From: Thermoplasmata archaeon
GTDB lineage: Archaea > Thermoplasmatota > Thermoplasmata > Lutacidiplasmatales > UBA184
DNA length: 57,552 nt
NCBI GenBank assembly: GCA_035632035.1
Contig: DASQHP010000059.1
Coordinates: 1 to 57,552, forward strand
Direction of reading: 5' to 3'
Shown: piece after piece, positions 7,757 through 16,067 of the stretch
Layout of the letters: each line of letters starts with the position of its first letter
How positions within the stretch are numbered: position 1 is the stretch's first letter
Made by a program: the position numbers and the translations under genes
Notes under the pieces: generated by a model
What the model saw: only the letters and a program-made list of their open reading frames with translations
Database searches by the model: none
What the model was told of the DNA's origin: nothing

Positions 7757-9505
7757 ATGGCCGAACTCTCCATTCGTACTGGCGGTGCCGCCGGCGATGG
7801 CATTGCCTCCGTCGGGGAGGTTCTCTCGCGCAGCCTGTCGCGCATGGGCTTGCACGTCTTCGGCCACAACGCCTACCAGTCCGTGATCCGGGGAGGCCAT
7901 GTCTGGTTCCAGGCCCGGGCTTCCCCGCAACGGGTCTACTCGCAGGGAGACGGCGCGGACATCCTGTACGCGTTGGACAAGCAGACCGCCGACATCCACC
8001 TCCCGAGCCTCGGGAAGGGGTCGACGGTCGTCTACGACCCGGAGAAGTTCCAGATCCCGGCGTCCGAACTGCCCGTCGGGGTGACGGGGCTTCCCGTACC
8101 GACACTCGAGATCGCCCGGAAGTACACGACCCAGTCGATCCTCCAGAACGGGGCCGGTCTGGGCGCCACGGCCTTTCTCGCCGGCATCCCCCTCGCCACG
8201 CTCCAGACGACGCTGGCCGATTCGTTCGGCAAGAAGAAGGGCGAGATCGTCGACTGGAACGTCGGCGCGGCGGCCGATGGGTACGCCTTCGCCCAGCAGC
8301 ATGCCGCGCCCCACGAGCGCGCGGTCTCTCCCGCGGGACCCCCGAAGCTCCTCCTGACGGGCAACACGGCGATCGCGCTCGGCGCGGCCGCCGGAGGCTG
8401 CAAGTTCCTCTCGCAGTACCCGATGACCCCGGCGTCGACCGTCATGCACTGGATGGCCGCGCATTCGCGGGACCTGGGGGTCGTCGTGAAGCAGGCCGAG
8501 GACGAGCTCGCGGCCATCAACATGGCCATCGGGGCCTCGTACGGCGGCGTCCGCTCGATGACCGCCACGAGTGGAGGCGGATTCTCGCTCATGGTCGAGG
8601 CGCTCGGAATGGCCGGGATGTGCGAGATCCCCCTCGTGGTCGTCGAGTCCCAGCGATCCGGTCCATCGACCGGACTCCCCACCAAGACCGAGCAGGGCGA
8701 CCTCAACCTGATGCTGGGCGCGGGGCAAGGCGAGTTCCCCCGGGCGATCCTCGCGCCATCCAACCCCGCGGAGGCGTTCCACGCGACCATCGAGGCGTTC
8801 CGGCTCGCCGAGGACTGGCAGACGCCGGTGCTCGTCGCGAGCGACCTTCACCTCTCCGAGAACTTCATGACGGTGGACGCCGCCGAGCTCCCGCTCGACG
8901 TCGAGCTCCCGTCGCTCTTCGCGGTCCAGCCGAACGGCCACGACTACAAGCGCTACGCCTACACGGAGAGCGGCGTCTCTCCGCGGGCGATCCCCGGCCA
9001 GCCCGGCCTCCAGTGGGTCGCGGGCTCGGACGAGCACGACGAGAAGGGCCACCTCATCTCGGACGTGAAGTCGGGCGTCCCCATCTGGGTCGCCGAGCGA
9101 ACGAAGATGATGAACAAGCGGATGCGCAAGCTGGACGGCCTCCGCCGCTCGACCCGCGGGCCCGTCCGCGAGGGACCGGCCGACGCGGCCCTCACCTTCG
9201 TGGCCTGGGGCTCGACCGTGGGAGCGGTGCGGGACGCGATGCGGTTGCTCTCGGCCCGCGGGGTCGCGACCAACCTGGTCCACCCCCCGACCGTCTTTCC
9301 GGTCCACGGAGCCGAGTTCCACGCTCTCCTGGACGGCGCCAAGCGCACGCTCCTCGTGGAGGCGAACTTCTCCGGTCAGTTCGGGCGCCTTCTGCGCGCC
9401 GAGACCGGCATCGACCTCCCCCACAAGCTGCTCAAGTACGATGGCGAGCCGTTCTCCCCGATGGAGATCGTCGGGCGCGCCTTGGAGCTGATCCCACATG
9501 GCTGA
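7757..9505 (+). CDS. korA: 2-oxoacid:ferredoxin oxidoreductase, alpha subunit (gamma-alpha fusion type)
   Basis: N-terminal gamma-like GGAAGDGIASVGEVL...YQSVIRGGH, then an alpha domain (QYPMTPAS, QAEDELAAINMAIGA). ATG at 7757 is 24-31 nt from TCTAATAC. The longest ORF starts at 7703. Confidence 0.9.
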   Translation: MAELSIRTGGAAGDGIASVGEVLSRSLSRMGLHVFGHNAYQSVIRGGHVWFQARASPQRVYSQGDGADILYALDKQTADIHLPSLGKGSTVVYDPEKFQIPASELPVGVTGLPVPTLEIARKYTTQSILQNGAGLGATAFLAGIPLATLQTTLADSFGKKKGEIVDWNVGAAADGYAFAQQHAAPHERAVSPAGPPKLLLTGNTAIALGAAAGGCKFLSQYPMTPASTVMHWMAAHSRDLGVVVKQAEDELAAINMAIGASYGGVRSMTATSGGGFSLMVEALGMAGMCEIPLVVVESQRSGPSTGLPTKTEQGDLNLMLGAGQGEFPRAILAPSNPAEAFHATIEAFRLAEDWQTPVLVASDLHLSENFMTVDAAELPLDVELPSLFAVQPNGHDYKRYAYTESGVSPRAIPGQPGLQWVAGSDEHDEKGHLISDVKSGVPIWVAERTKMMNKRMRKLDGLRRSTRGPVREGPADAALTFVAWGSTVGAVRDAMRLLSARGVATNLVHPPTVFPVHGAEFHALLDGAKRTLLVEANFSGQFGRLLRAETGIDLPHKLLKYDGEPFSPMEIVGRALELIPHG

Positions 9506-10394
9506 AACGAGCGCCCAGATGCAAGCCGCCGTCGGAACCCCGCTGCCGCTCCTCGGCAAGTCGGACACAAAGCCCACCTGGTGCCCCGGCTGCGGGGACT
9601 TCGGGGTCGTGGCGGCCGTCGAGATGGCCGTGAAACGCCTCAAGATCCCGTCCCACCAGGTCGTGCTGGTCTCGGGGATCGGCTGCTCGTCGAACCTGCC
9701 GCACTTCCTGTCGTCCTACGGGTTCCACGCGATCCATGGCCGGGCCATTCCGGTGGCCGAGGGGATCCGGTGGGCGAACCACGAGCTCACGGTGATCGCG
9801 ACCGGTGGGGATGGAGACGGGTTCGGCATCGGCGCCGGACATTTCGTCCATGCCATGCGCCGCAACGTGGACCTCACCTATGTGACGATGGACAACCAGA
9901 TCTACGGGCTCACCACGGGGCAGGCGTCGCCCACGTCCATGATGGGCCACAAGACGAAGTCCACGCCCGCGGGGGTGATCGAGAATCCGCTCGACCCGAT
10001 CTCGCTCGCTCTCGCGAGCGGCGCGACGTATGTCGCGCGTGGGTTCTCCGGCGATGTGAAGCAGATGGCGGACCTCATCCAGGGAGGGATCGCCCACAAG
10101 GGCTTCGCCTTCGTGGACGCGCTCTCGCCCTGCGTCACCTACAACAAGATCAACACCTTCGACTGGTTCCGCCAGCGGGTCTACAAGCTCGAGACGGCGG
10201 GCCACGACCCCACCAATCTCACCCAGGCGTGGGAGCGGTCGCTCGAGTGGAGCGAGCGGATCCCGACCGGCCTCTTTTACCGCGTCGAGAAGCCGACGTA
10301 CGAGGACCTCGAGGAGGTCCTCGCGGCCGGCCCCCTCGCCCACCAGCCGGTCGGCGCCCGGGGCAAGGAACGGATCTTCGAAGAGCTCATCTGA
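9498..10394 (+). CDS. korB: 2-oxoacid:ferredoxin oxidoreductase, beta subunit (TPP-binding)
   Basis: WCPGCGDFG and GGDGDGFGIG TPP-binding motifs. 8-nt overlap with korA. Confidence 0.95.
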   Translation: MAETSAQMQAAVGTPLPLLGKSDTKPTWCPGCGDFGVVAAVEMAVKRLKIPSHQVVLVSGIGCSSNLPHFLSSYGFHAIHGRAIPVAEGIRWANHELTVIATGGDGDGFGIGAGHFVHAMRRNVDLTYVTMDNQIYGLTTGQASPTSMMGHKTKSTPAGVIENPLDPISLALASGATYVARGFSGDVKQMADLIQGGIAHKGFAFVDALSPCVTYNKINTFDWFRQRVYKLETAGHDPTNLTQAWERSLEWSERIPTGLFYRVEKPTYEDLEEVLAAGPLAHQPVGARGKERIFEELI

Positions 10395-10401
10395 GCCGGC
10401 C

Positions 10402-12414
10402 CTACGCGGCGCCCCCCACGGCGAACAGGTGCGCGTCGCCCTCGGTGAACAGGGCGGTGAACGACGGATTCCCTACGAACGGCACCGGCGAGAACGCCGG
10501 GTAGAGGACCGAGCTGTTGCCGGTGACCGCCACGTAGGCCACCTGGAGCGTGGAGAGGTCGGCCATGCCCGCCGGCCCCAGCGTTCCGTTCGCGAGGAAT
10601 CGGCCAAGCTCGAGGTACTCTCGGTTGGCCCTCCAGTCCGGCCCCGTCATCGGGAACAGAAGGACCACCCGCGGGCAGTACGCCGGCAGGAACTGAGCCG
10701 CGCTGCCCGGGGCCACCAGCACCCTCGCCCCCGCGGGCAGGTGGTCCGACGCCCACTCCAGGAGGTCGTAGTCGGCCGTCGTCACGTTCGCGAACGCGCG
10801 ATAGAGGTGATCGGCGTACTCGGGACCGTCCGTGAGAGCGACCACTCCGCCGGGCACCAGCAGCACCAGGGCGAGGAAGATCGGCACCACGGAGCGTGGG
10901 AGGAGCGCCGATGAGACGGGGGGAACGCGGCCCGACACCGGCACGGGGTCGGGTGACGTCCCGGCTCTCCGCGGAAGCGAAGCTCGGTCCAAGAGGATGG
11001 CGAGAGGAACCGCACCGACGAGGCCAAGGACCGTGAAGAGTAAGGTCGACATCTCGCCGAAGCTCGTCACGGAGCCGACCCACCCGAGACCCGGAACGCC
11101 GAGCCGGGCGCCGAGCCCTCCGGCAAGCCACAGAAGGGCGGCGAGCGCACCCGAGACGGCCCATGGGCCGAAGGTCGATCGCGGGATCCGGCCTTCCGAG
11201 CCGGGCCAGAGGAGAAGCAGCACGCCGGCCAGGAGGAGCAGGTCGAGTTCGGCCGTGAGAAATGGAAACGGGGAGAACGAGCCCACCGTCCAGCGGACCA
11301 CGAACGGGTCGGAGAGCGACACGAACTCCCCGACCGGGATCCCGGGCGGCGACCCTGGCGCTCCGGCGGCACCCCCGCCCACGATGCCGACGATCGACGG
11401 GACCACCCACACCGTGGAGAAGGCCGCCGCGACGAGCCACGCCGTGATCCAGGAGCTCGCGCTCGACCGCACCCTGGACGGGAGAAGGAAGGGGAGAAGG
11501 ATGAGAGTGGTGAGGATCCATTCGGCCCCGACCGGATTCAGCACCGCCGAGTAGCCGAGCAACCCGCCGAAAACCAGGCCAAACCGCCAGTCAAGGGATT
11601 CTCGTTGGACCCACTCTCGACCCAGGGCCACGAGGTAGAGCACCAGCGGATAGGCGACCACGAAGTCGTAGCTCCCCGCCACGAAGTACCGGGTGCCCCA
11701 GCCGATGACCGCCATCGTGAGGGCGACCGCCGCGCCCCCCGAGTCCGTGCCCAACCACCGGCGACCCACCAGGTAGCCCGCGATCGGCGCGAGTCCCACG
11801 AAGAGGGGCGACAGGAGGATCGGCGTCCGCGGGATCGGTCCGAGGCCGAGGGTTAGGGCCGAGCTGAGCCAGACCGTGGTCCCCTGGGGATACGCGATCG
11901 CCCCGTTCGCGACCGGCGCGAGGGTCGTGGGGAGGGAGCCGTGGCCGTTCAACAGCACGACGAAGAGAGAGTCCACCGAGGCGTCGAAGGTGTTTCCGCT
12001 TGGAACGGATGAAGCGAGGAAGAGGCCACCGACCGAGAGAAGGAGGCCCATCGCGACCGCCACTCCAACCCCGGGGCGGCGCAAGGTGCCGAGGAGATTC
12101 GCGACGGTTGCGGAGAGTCTCCCTCGGCGGTAGATTCCGACCAGGGTGGCGGTGGTGACCGCGATCCCCACCGCGAGGGCGACGAGCCCGGGCCACGGCG
12201 AAGCAGCGCCGTGGGGGATCAGGGTCACCCCATAGGTGAGCGCACCGGCCAGGTACACGTCAAGTACGAAACGGTCCAAAAAGTCGGTTCGCCTCAGGAC
12301 GGGGAGGTACCGGGCTAGGAGGATCCGCACCCCCTCACCGGCGACGGCGAAGACGACGAGGATCCCCACGAGGTCGACGATTCCGAGAGGGAACGACGGC
12401 CCCGGGACGGCCAC
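10402..12414 (-). CDS. Large polytopic membrane protein with C-terminal soluble domain, possible GT-C-type glycosyltransferase
   Basis: 670 aa, with more than 12 hydrophobic segments. Acidic first loop RRTDFLDRFVLD. C-terminal ~150 aa non-membrane domain with NxT/S sequons. No WWDYG-type AglB motif seen. Confidence 0.7.
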   Translation of the reverse strand: MAVPGPSFPLGIVDLVGILVVFAVAGEGVRILLARYLPVLRRTDFLDRFVLDVYLAGALTYGVTLIPHGAASPWPGLVALAVGIAVTTATLVGIYRRGRLSATVANLLGTLRRPGVGVAVAMGLLLSVGGLFLASSVPSGNTFDASVDSLFVVLLNGHGSLPTTLAPVANGAIAYPQGTTVWLSSALTLGLGPIPRTPILLSPLFVGLAPIAGYLVGRRWLGTDSGGAAVALTMAVIGWGTRYFVAGSYDFVVAYPLVLYLVALGREWVQRESLDWRFGLVFGGLLGYSAVLNPVGAEWILTTLILLPFLLPSRVRSSASSWITAWLVAAAFSTVWVVPSIVGIVGGGAAGAPGSPPGIPVGEFVSLSDPFVVRWTVGSFSPFPFLTAELDLLLLAGVLLLLWPGSEGRIPRSTFGPWAVSGALAALLWLAGGLGARLGVPGLGWVGSVTSFGEMSTLLFTVLGLVGAVPLAILLDRASLPRRAGTSPDPVPVSGRVPPVSSALLPRSVVPIFLALVLLVPGGVVALTDGPEYADHLYRAFANVTTADYDLLEWASDHLPAGARVLVAPGSAAQFLPAYCPRVVLLFPMTGPDWRANREYLELGRFLANGTLGPAGMADLSTLQVAYVAVTGNSSVLYPAFSPVPFVGNPSFTALFTEGDAHLFAVGGAA

Positions 12415-12506
12415 CTAACGCCGACACCGGCCCGGCTAATGAACCCCCCTTCGCCCGCGCCGGCATCCTTTTAGGGACGGCGGGCGGCAGGAGAATCGGA
12501 GAGTCC

Positions 12507-14075
12507 GTGGCCGAGTCGATCGACGGGGCCCGCTCGGGACTCACGTCGGTCACGCGGGGGACCCTGGTCATGATGATCGGGACCCTCGGGTTCGTCGCGG
12601 AGAGCTTCGTCTCGCGAGTGATCCTGGTCCGGACGCTTCTACCGGACCAATGGAGCGAGTTCTCCCTAGCCCTGGCTCTCGGTGGACTCGTCTCGGCCGT
12701 GGGCGCTCTCGGGCTTGGGCCGGCGGTGGCCCGAAGTCTCCCGTTCGAGACCTCGGAATCCGAGCGGCGCCGGATCGTCCACACCGCCTACTGGGTCGGC
12801 GGACCGTCCGCGGTGATCGTCGCGGCCGGGCTCGCCCTTTTTTCGCTCGTGGTATCGACGTTCTTCGGAGCTCCCCTCCTCGGGGTCACGCTCCTGTTCT
12901 TCTCGGTCGGGGTCGGGATCTCGGTCTTCGCCGGGATACTCGCCTCGATCTTCCAGGGGTTCGAGGACGTCGTCCCGAACGCGTTCTACACGCAGGTGTT
13001 GAACCCGCTCCTGTTCATCGTCTTCCTGGTGACGGCCGAGATCGTCGCCCCCCGCGGCGATACCTACCTGGGCGTCCTCGTGGCCTACGCGGTCGCCGCG
13101 GTCCTCAGCTTCCTCGCGCTGGTGGCCTATGCCCGCCGCCGCCTGCCGCGTCGGCTTCCGAGCGGGCCCCGTGAACCGGGACTTTCGGGGAAGCTGCTCA
13201 TGTTCGCAGCGCCGCTCTTCGTGGTCGGCGTGTTGAGCTTCATCACCAACAACGGCGACACCCTCATCCTGGGGGCGTTCCACTCCTCCGACGTCGGATT
13301 CTACACCGCCGACCTCTCCCTCGCGCGGCTCCTGCAGGTCGGGATCGGCTCGCTGGCGTACATCTTCCTGCCGGTGACGGCGCGCCTCGTCCGGTCGGGA
13401 GACCGAGGGGCCGTGCGCATCACCTACGCCACGGCGACGAAGTGGATGGTCCTGACCTCCCTGCCGCTCTTCCTCGTGTTCTCCTTCTTCCCGAACCCGT
13501 CGCTCCATTTCGTCTACGGGTCGGGGTTCCCCAGTTCGGCGGTCCCGCTCGACCTCTTGGTCGCGGGGGCGTTCCTGTCGACGCTCGTGGGCCCCTCCAC
13601 GATGGCGCAGGTCGCCTACGGCCAAACGCGCCTTCTTTTCTACAACACCGCCGCCTGCGCCGGCGTCGACCTCCTAGTGGGGTTGGCCCTGATCCCGACG
13701 TACGGGATCACGGGCGCGGCCATTGCGTGGGCGTGCGCGAACGCGGCCTACCCCGCCCTTTCGATGGTGCAGATCGCCGTGCTGCAGGGCGTCCACCCGT
13801 TCGAGCGGCACTACGTCATCCCGGTCGCGCTCACCGCGGTCCCGGTGGGTCTTCTCTTCGCCGTGGTCCCGCTCGCCCCCGCGTTCTGGCTGCTGCCGAC
13901 GCTCGCTCTCGCTATCGGCGTGCTGTTCCTGGGCGTCGTTCTGCTCAGCGGGTCGATCGATGCCGGCGACCGGCTGCTGCTCGAGGCCGTCGAACGCCTG
14001 CTCGGTCGCCGCCTACCCTTCGTCCGCTCCCTCGCGGGGTTCAGCCGGTGGGTTTCCCAGCGCGGGTCGGGATGA
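12507..14075 (+). CDS. Polysaccharide/oligosaccharide flippase (MOP/Wzx-like)
   Basis: 522 aa and about 14 TM segments. The arrangement and length are typical of polysaccharide biosynthesis (Wzx/RfbX) transporters. Divergent from the membrane protein gene. Confidence 0.8.
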   Translation: MAESIDGARSGLTSVTRGTLVMMIGTLGFVAESFVSRVILVRTLLPDQWSEFSLALALGGLVSAVGALGLGPAVARSLPFETSESERRRIVHTAYWVGGPSAVIVAAGLALFSLVVSTFFGAPLLGVTLLFFSVGVGISVFAGILASIFQGFEDVVPNAFYTQVLNPLLFIVFLVTAEIVAPRGDTYLGVLVAYAVAAVLSFLALVAYARRRLPRRLPSGPREPGLSGKLLMFAAPLFVVGVLSFITNNGDTLILGAFHSSDVGFYTADLSLARLLQVGIGSLAYIFLPVTARLVRSGDRGAVRITYATATKWMVLTSLPLFLVFSFFPNPSLHFVYGSGFPSSAVPLDLLVAGAFLSTLVGPSTMAQVAYGQTRLLFYNTAACAGVDLLVGLALIPTYGITGAAIAWACANAAYPALSMVQIAVLQGVHPFERHYVIPVALTAVPVGLLFAVVPLAPAFWLLPTLALAIGVLFLGVVLLSGSIDAGDRLLLEAVERLLGRRLPFVRSLAGFSRWVSQRGSG

Positions 14076-14333
14076 CCCTCCGCCCGTCCGGGGGCGCCGC
14101 AGGTGTTCGACGAACAGCAAGAGAACTCCCGCTCCGAGGAGGAAAAAGACGTAGACCGCCACCTGGTTCGCCGCCACCGTATCTCCCATCGCATCGGCGA
14201 TCGCGGCCACGACGAGGAGCACCAGAGCCCCCGCCACGGGAAGCCGGCCGTCCAGGCGCGACCAAATGGAGTACACGACGTACCCCAGCAGCAGCGCGAG
14301 GAAGGTCGCCAGGTACAGGTCGACCACGGCCAC
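14013..14333 (-). CDS. Small hydrophobic membrane protein (about 3 TM), hypothetical
   Basis: GTG at 14333 is preceded by a strong SD, AAAGGAGGAGGAGCATCC. Sequence VAVVDLYLATFLALLLGYVV...VAGALVLLVVAAIADA...VYVFFLLGAGVLLLFV. The longest ORF (to 14543) has a non-coding-like Arg-rich N-terminus. Confidence 0.45.
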   Translation of the reverse strand: MAVVDLYLATFLALLLGYVVYSIWSRLDGRLPVAGALVLLVVAAIADAMGDTVAANQVAVYVFFLLGAGVLLLFVEHLRRPRTGGGSSRPALGNPPAEPREGADEG

Positions 14334-14432
14334 GGATGCTCCTCCTCCTTTAGACCATTCTTCGGCGTCCGACGCACCGTCACTCCGCCGGCGGCTGGGG
14401 CAGGATTTACATAGGAGCCGCCTCCTTGGACC

Positions 14433-14453
14433 GGTGTACCGGAGGTGTACCGG
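14433..14453 (+). repeat. Tandem direct repeat GGTGTACCGG-A-GGTGTACCGG (period 11), with a third partial copy GGGTACCGG at 14466-14474
   Basis: Read directly from the sequence. It lies about 20-40 nt downstream of the TTTACATAG box at 14406-14414. Confidence 0.6.
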
Positions 14454-15055
14454 TGTTGTGGAATAGGGTACCGGCACGTTCCGTCGTCCCCATCGCCCTC
14501 GCGATCGCCATGCTCGGCGTCGTGACGTTGAGCGTTCTCGCACCCATCACCGGCGCGGTCCCCGCGGATACCAACTGCCCGTACGGCGTGTGCCCTTCTG
14601 TCCAGAACAACCTCCTGCCTTGGGAGATCGCCCTGGGCATACTGATCCTGGTCGCGGTTCTCCTGGCGCTCCTCATCGCGCTGCGGCGCCGTCGCCGCGG
14701 CGGTGGCGGCGCACCCGGACCCGTCGAGCCATGGACCCCGGCCGGGCCGCCCGCCGGCGCGGGCGTGGAAGCCCCGATGGCTCCACCGGTGGCTCCGGCG
14801 GTCGTGGCCGCCCCGCCGGTCTATCTCGAAACTCCGGAGGACGTTGGAGCCCCGCCGCCGTCGGTGCCCGCCGCCGCCCCGCCCCCGGCTGCACCCGCGG
14901 CTGCGGGAGGTGCCGAGGCGGACATCGATTCCCTCATGCAGGAGCTGGACAAGATCAGCAACGAGATCCTGAAACGGGGCGGTCCCAAGACCGGCAAAGA
15001 CGCGGCGACCGACTCGAACACCTCCGACACCGAAGGAAGCGGGGGTTCCAGCTGA
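14453..15055 (+). CDS. Type-I-like membrane protein with Pro/Ala-rich tail, hypothetical
   Basis: Signal-like N-terminus (NRVPARSVVPIALAIAMLGVVTLSVLAPITGA), a 2-Cys stub of ~25 aa, then the TM segment IALGILILVAVLLALLIAL followed by RRRRRGGGG. Next come a PA-rich stretch and the helical DIDSLMQELDKISNEILKRG. Start uncertain (TTG 14426, GTG 14453, ATG 14510). Confidence 0.55.
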   Translation: MLWNRVPARSVVPIALAIAMLGVVTLSVLAPITGAVPADTNCPYGVCPSVQNNLLPWEIALGILILVAVLLALLIALRRRRRGGGGAPGPVEPWTPAGPPAGAGVEAPMAPPVAPAVVAAPPVYLETPEDVGAPPPSVPAAAPPPAAPAAAGGAEADIDSLMQELDKISNEILKRGGPKTGKDAATDSNTSDTEGSGGSS

Positions 15056-15095
15056 ACGGGACGGGGCCAGGGGGGCGGCTCGTCCGGGGCAGGCC

Positions 15096-15101
15096 CTATA
15101 T
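15096..15101 (+). promoter_or_regulatory. TATA-like box CTATAT
   Basis: 25-30 nt upstream of the ATG at 15126. Confidence 0.4.
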
Positions 15102-15125
15102 CCTTGCACGGCCCTCGTACGACCG

Positions 15126-15377
15126 ATGGTTGCTCTGCCGTCGCCCGACGAGGATCGGCTGCTCCGCGCCCTCGCGGAGGCCGTGCAGCGTTCGGCCCGA
15201 CCCGTCCGGGAGATCGAGGTGGGCATCGCGCTCTCGATCGCTCTGGGTCGCCAGCGCCCCGCCGTCTCCTGTGGGGGGTGCTCGACGCCGCTCGAGTTCC
15301 GGGGCATTCCCGCCCGCACCAACGCCCGGCTCGATGCCCCGTTCCGGCTGCTGTTCACCGACGCCCCCGTCTCCTGA
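15126..15377 (+). CDS. Hypothetical small protein (83 aa)
   Basis: ATG lies 25-30 nt downstream of CTATAT (leaderless geometry). No recognisable domain. It could be spurious. Confidence 0.4.
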   Translation: MVALPSPDEDRLLRALAEAVQRSARPVREIEVGIALSIALGRQRPAVSCGGCSTPLEFRGIPARTNARLDAPFRLLFTDAPVS

Positions 15378-15398
15378 GACCCGGACACAGGTGGGCCA

Positions 15399-16049
15399 GT
15401 GAGCGCGATCCCGATCGTCGAGACGGTCGTCAACCTCATCATCGCCATCTTGCAGGCCGGTGGACTTCCGGCGCTGATCGCGCTGATGGCGGTCGAGAGC
15501 TTCGGGATCCCGCCGCTGCCCAGTGAAGTGATCCTGCCGTTCGCCGGATTCCTGGTCGCGGAGGGTTCGTACCCGTTCGCCGGTGCGGTCGCCGCGGCTC
15601 TGCTGGGTGGAGTGATCGGAGCGTACGCGTCGTATGCCGTCGGACGATGGGGTCGCCATCTCCTGGTCGGGGGACCCCGATTCCTTCGCGTGGACCCGAA
15701 GCACCTCGACTCCATGGACCGCTGGTTCGCACGACGGGGGGAGGGAACGGTGCTTGTGGCCCGGCTTCTGCCGGTCGTGCGCAGCTACATCAGCTATCCG
15801 GCCGGCGCGGCGCGCATGGAGCCGACGAAGTTCGGCATCTACACGGCGATCGGTGCGACCCCGTTCACGGCCGCCTTCATCTACGCCGGCTACGTGCTCG
15901 GCAAGGACTGGTCCCAGATCGTCCCCTACCTCCAGTACGCCGACTACGCCGCGGTTGCGCTCATCGTGGTGGGGATCATCTACCTCGCGCTCCGGTGGCG
16001 GCGACAGCCCCCGGCGACCCTCGAAGGGACGTCGGGCGCATCCGAGTAG
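15399..16049 (+). CDS. DedA/SNARE-associated family membrane protein
   Basis: ALMAVESFGIPPLPSEVILPFAGFLVAEG and LLPVVRSYISYPAG are characteristic of DedA. Confidence 0.85.
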   Translation: MSAIPIVETVVNLIIAILQAGGLPALIALMAVESFGIPPLPSEVILPFAGFLVAEGSYPFAGAVAAALLGGVIGAYASYAVGRWGRHLLVGGPRFLRVDPKHLDSMDRWFARRGEGTVLVARLLPVVRSYISYPAGAARMEPTKFGIYTAIGATPFTAAFIYAGYVLGKDWSQIVPYLQYADYAAVALIVVGIIYLALRWRRQPPATLEGTSGASE

Positions 16050-16067
16050 GGTCCGGGGATCTCTAGC

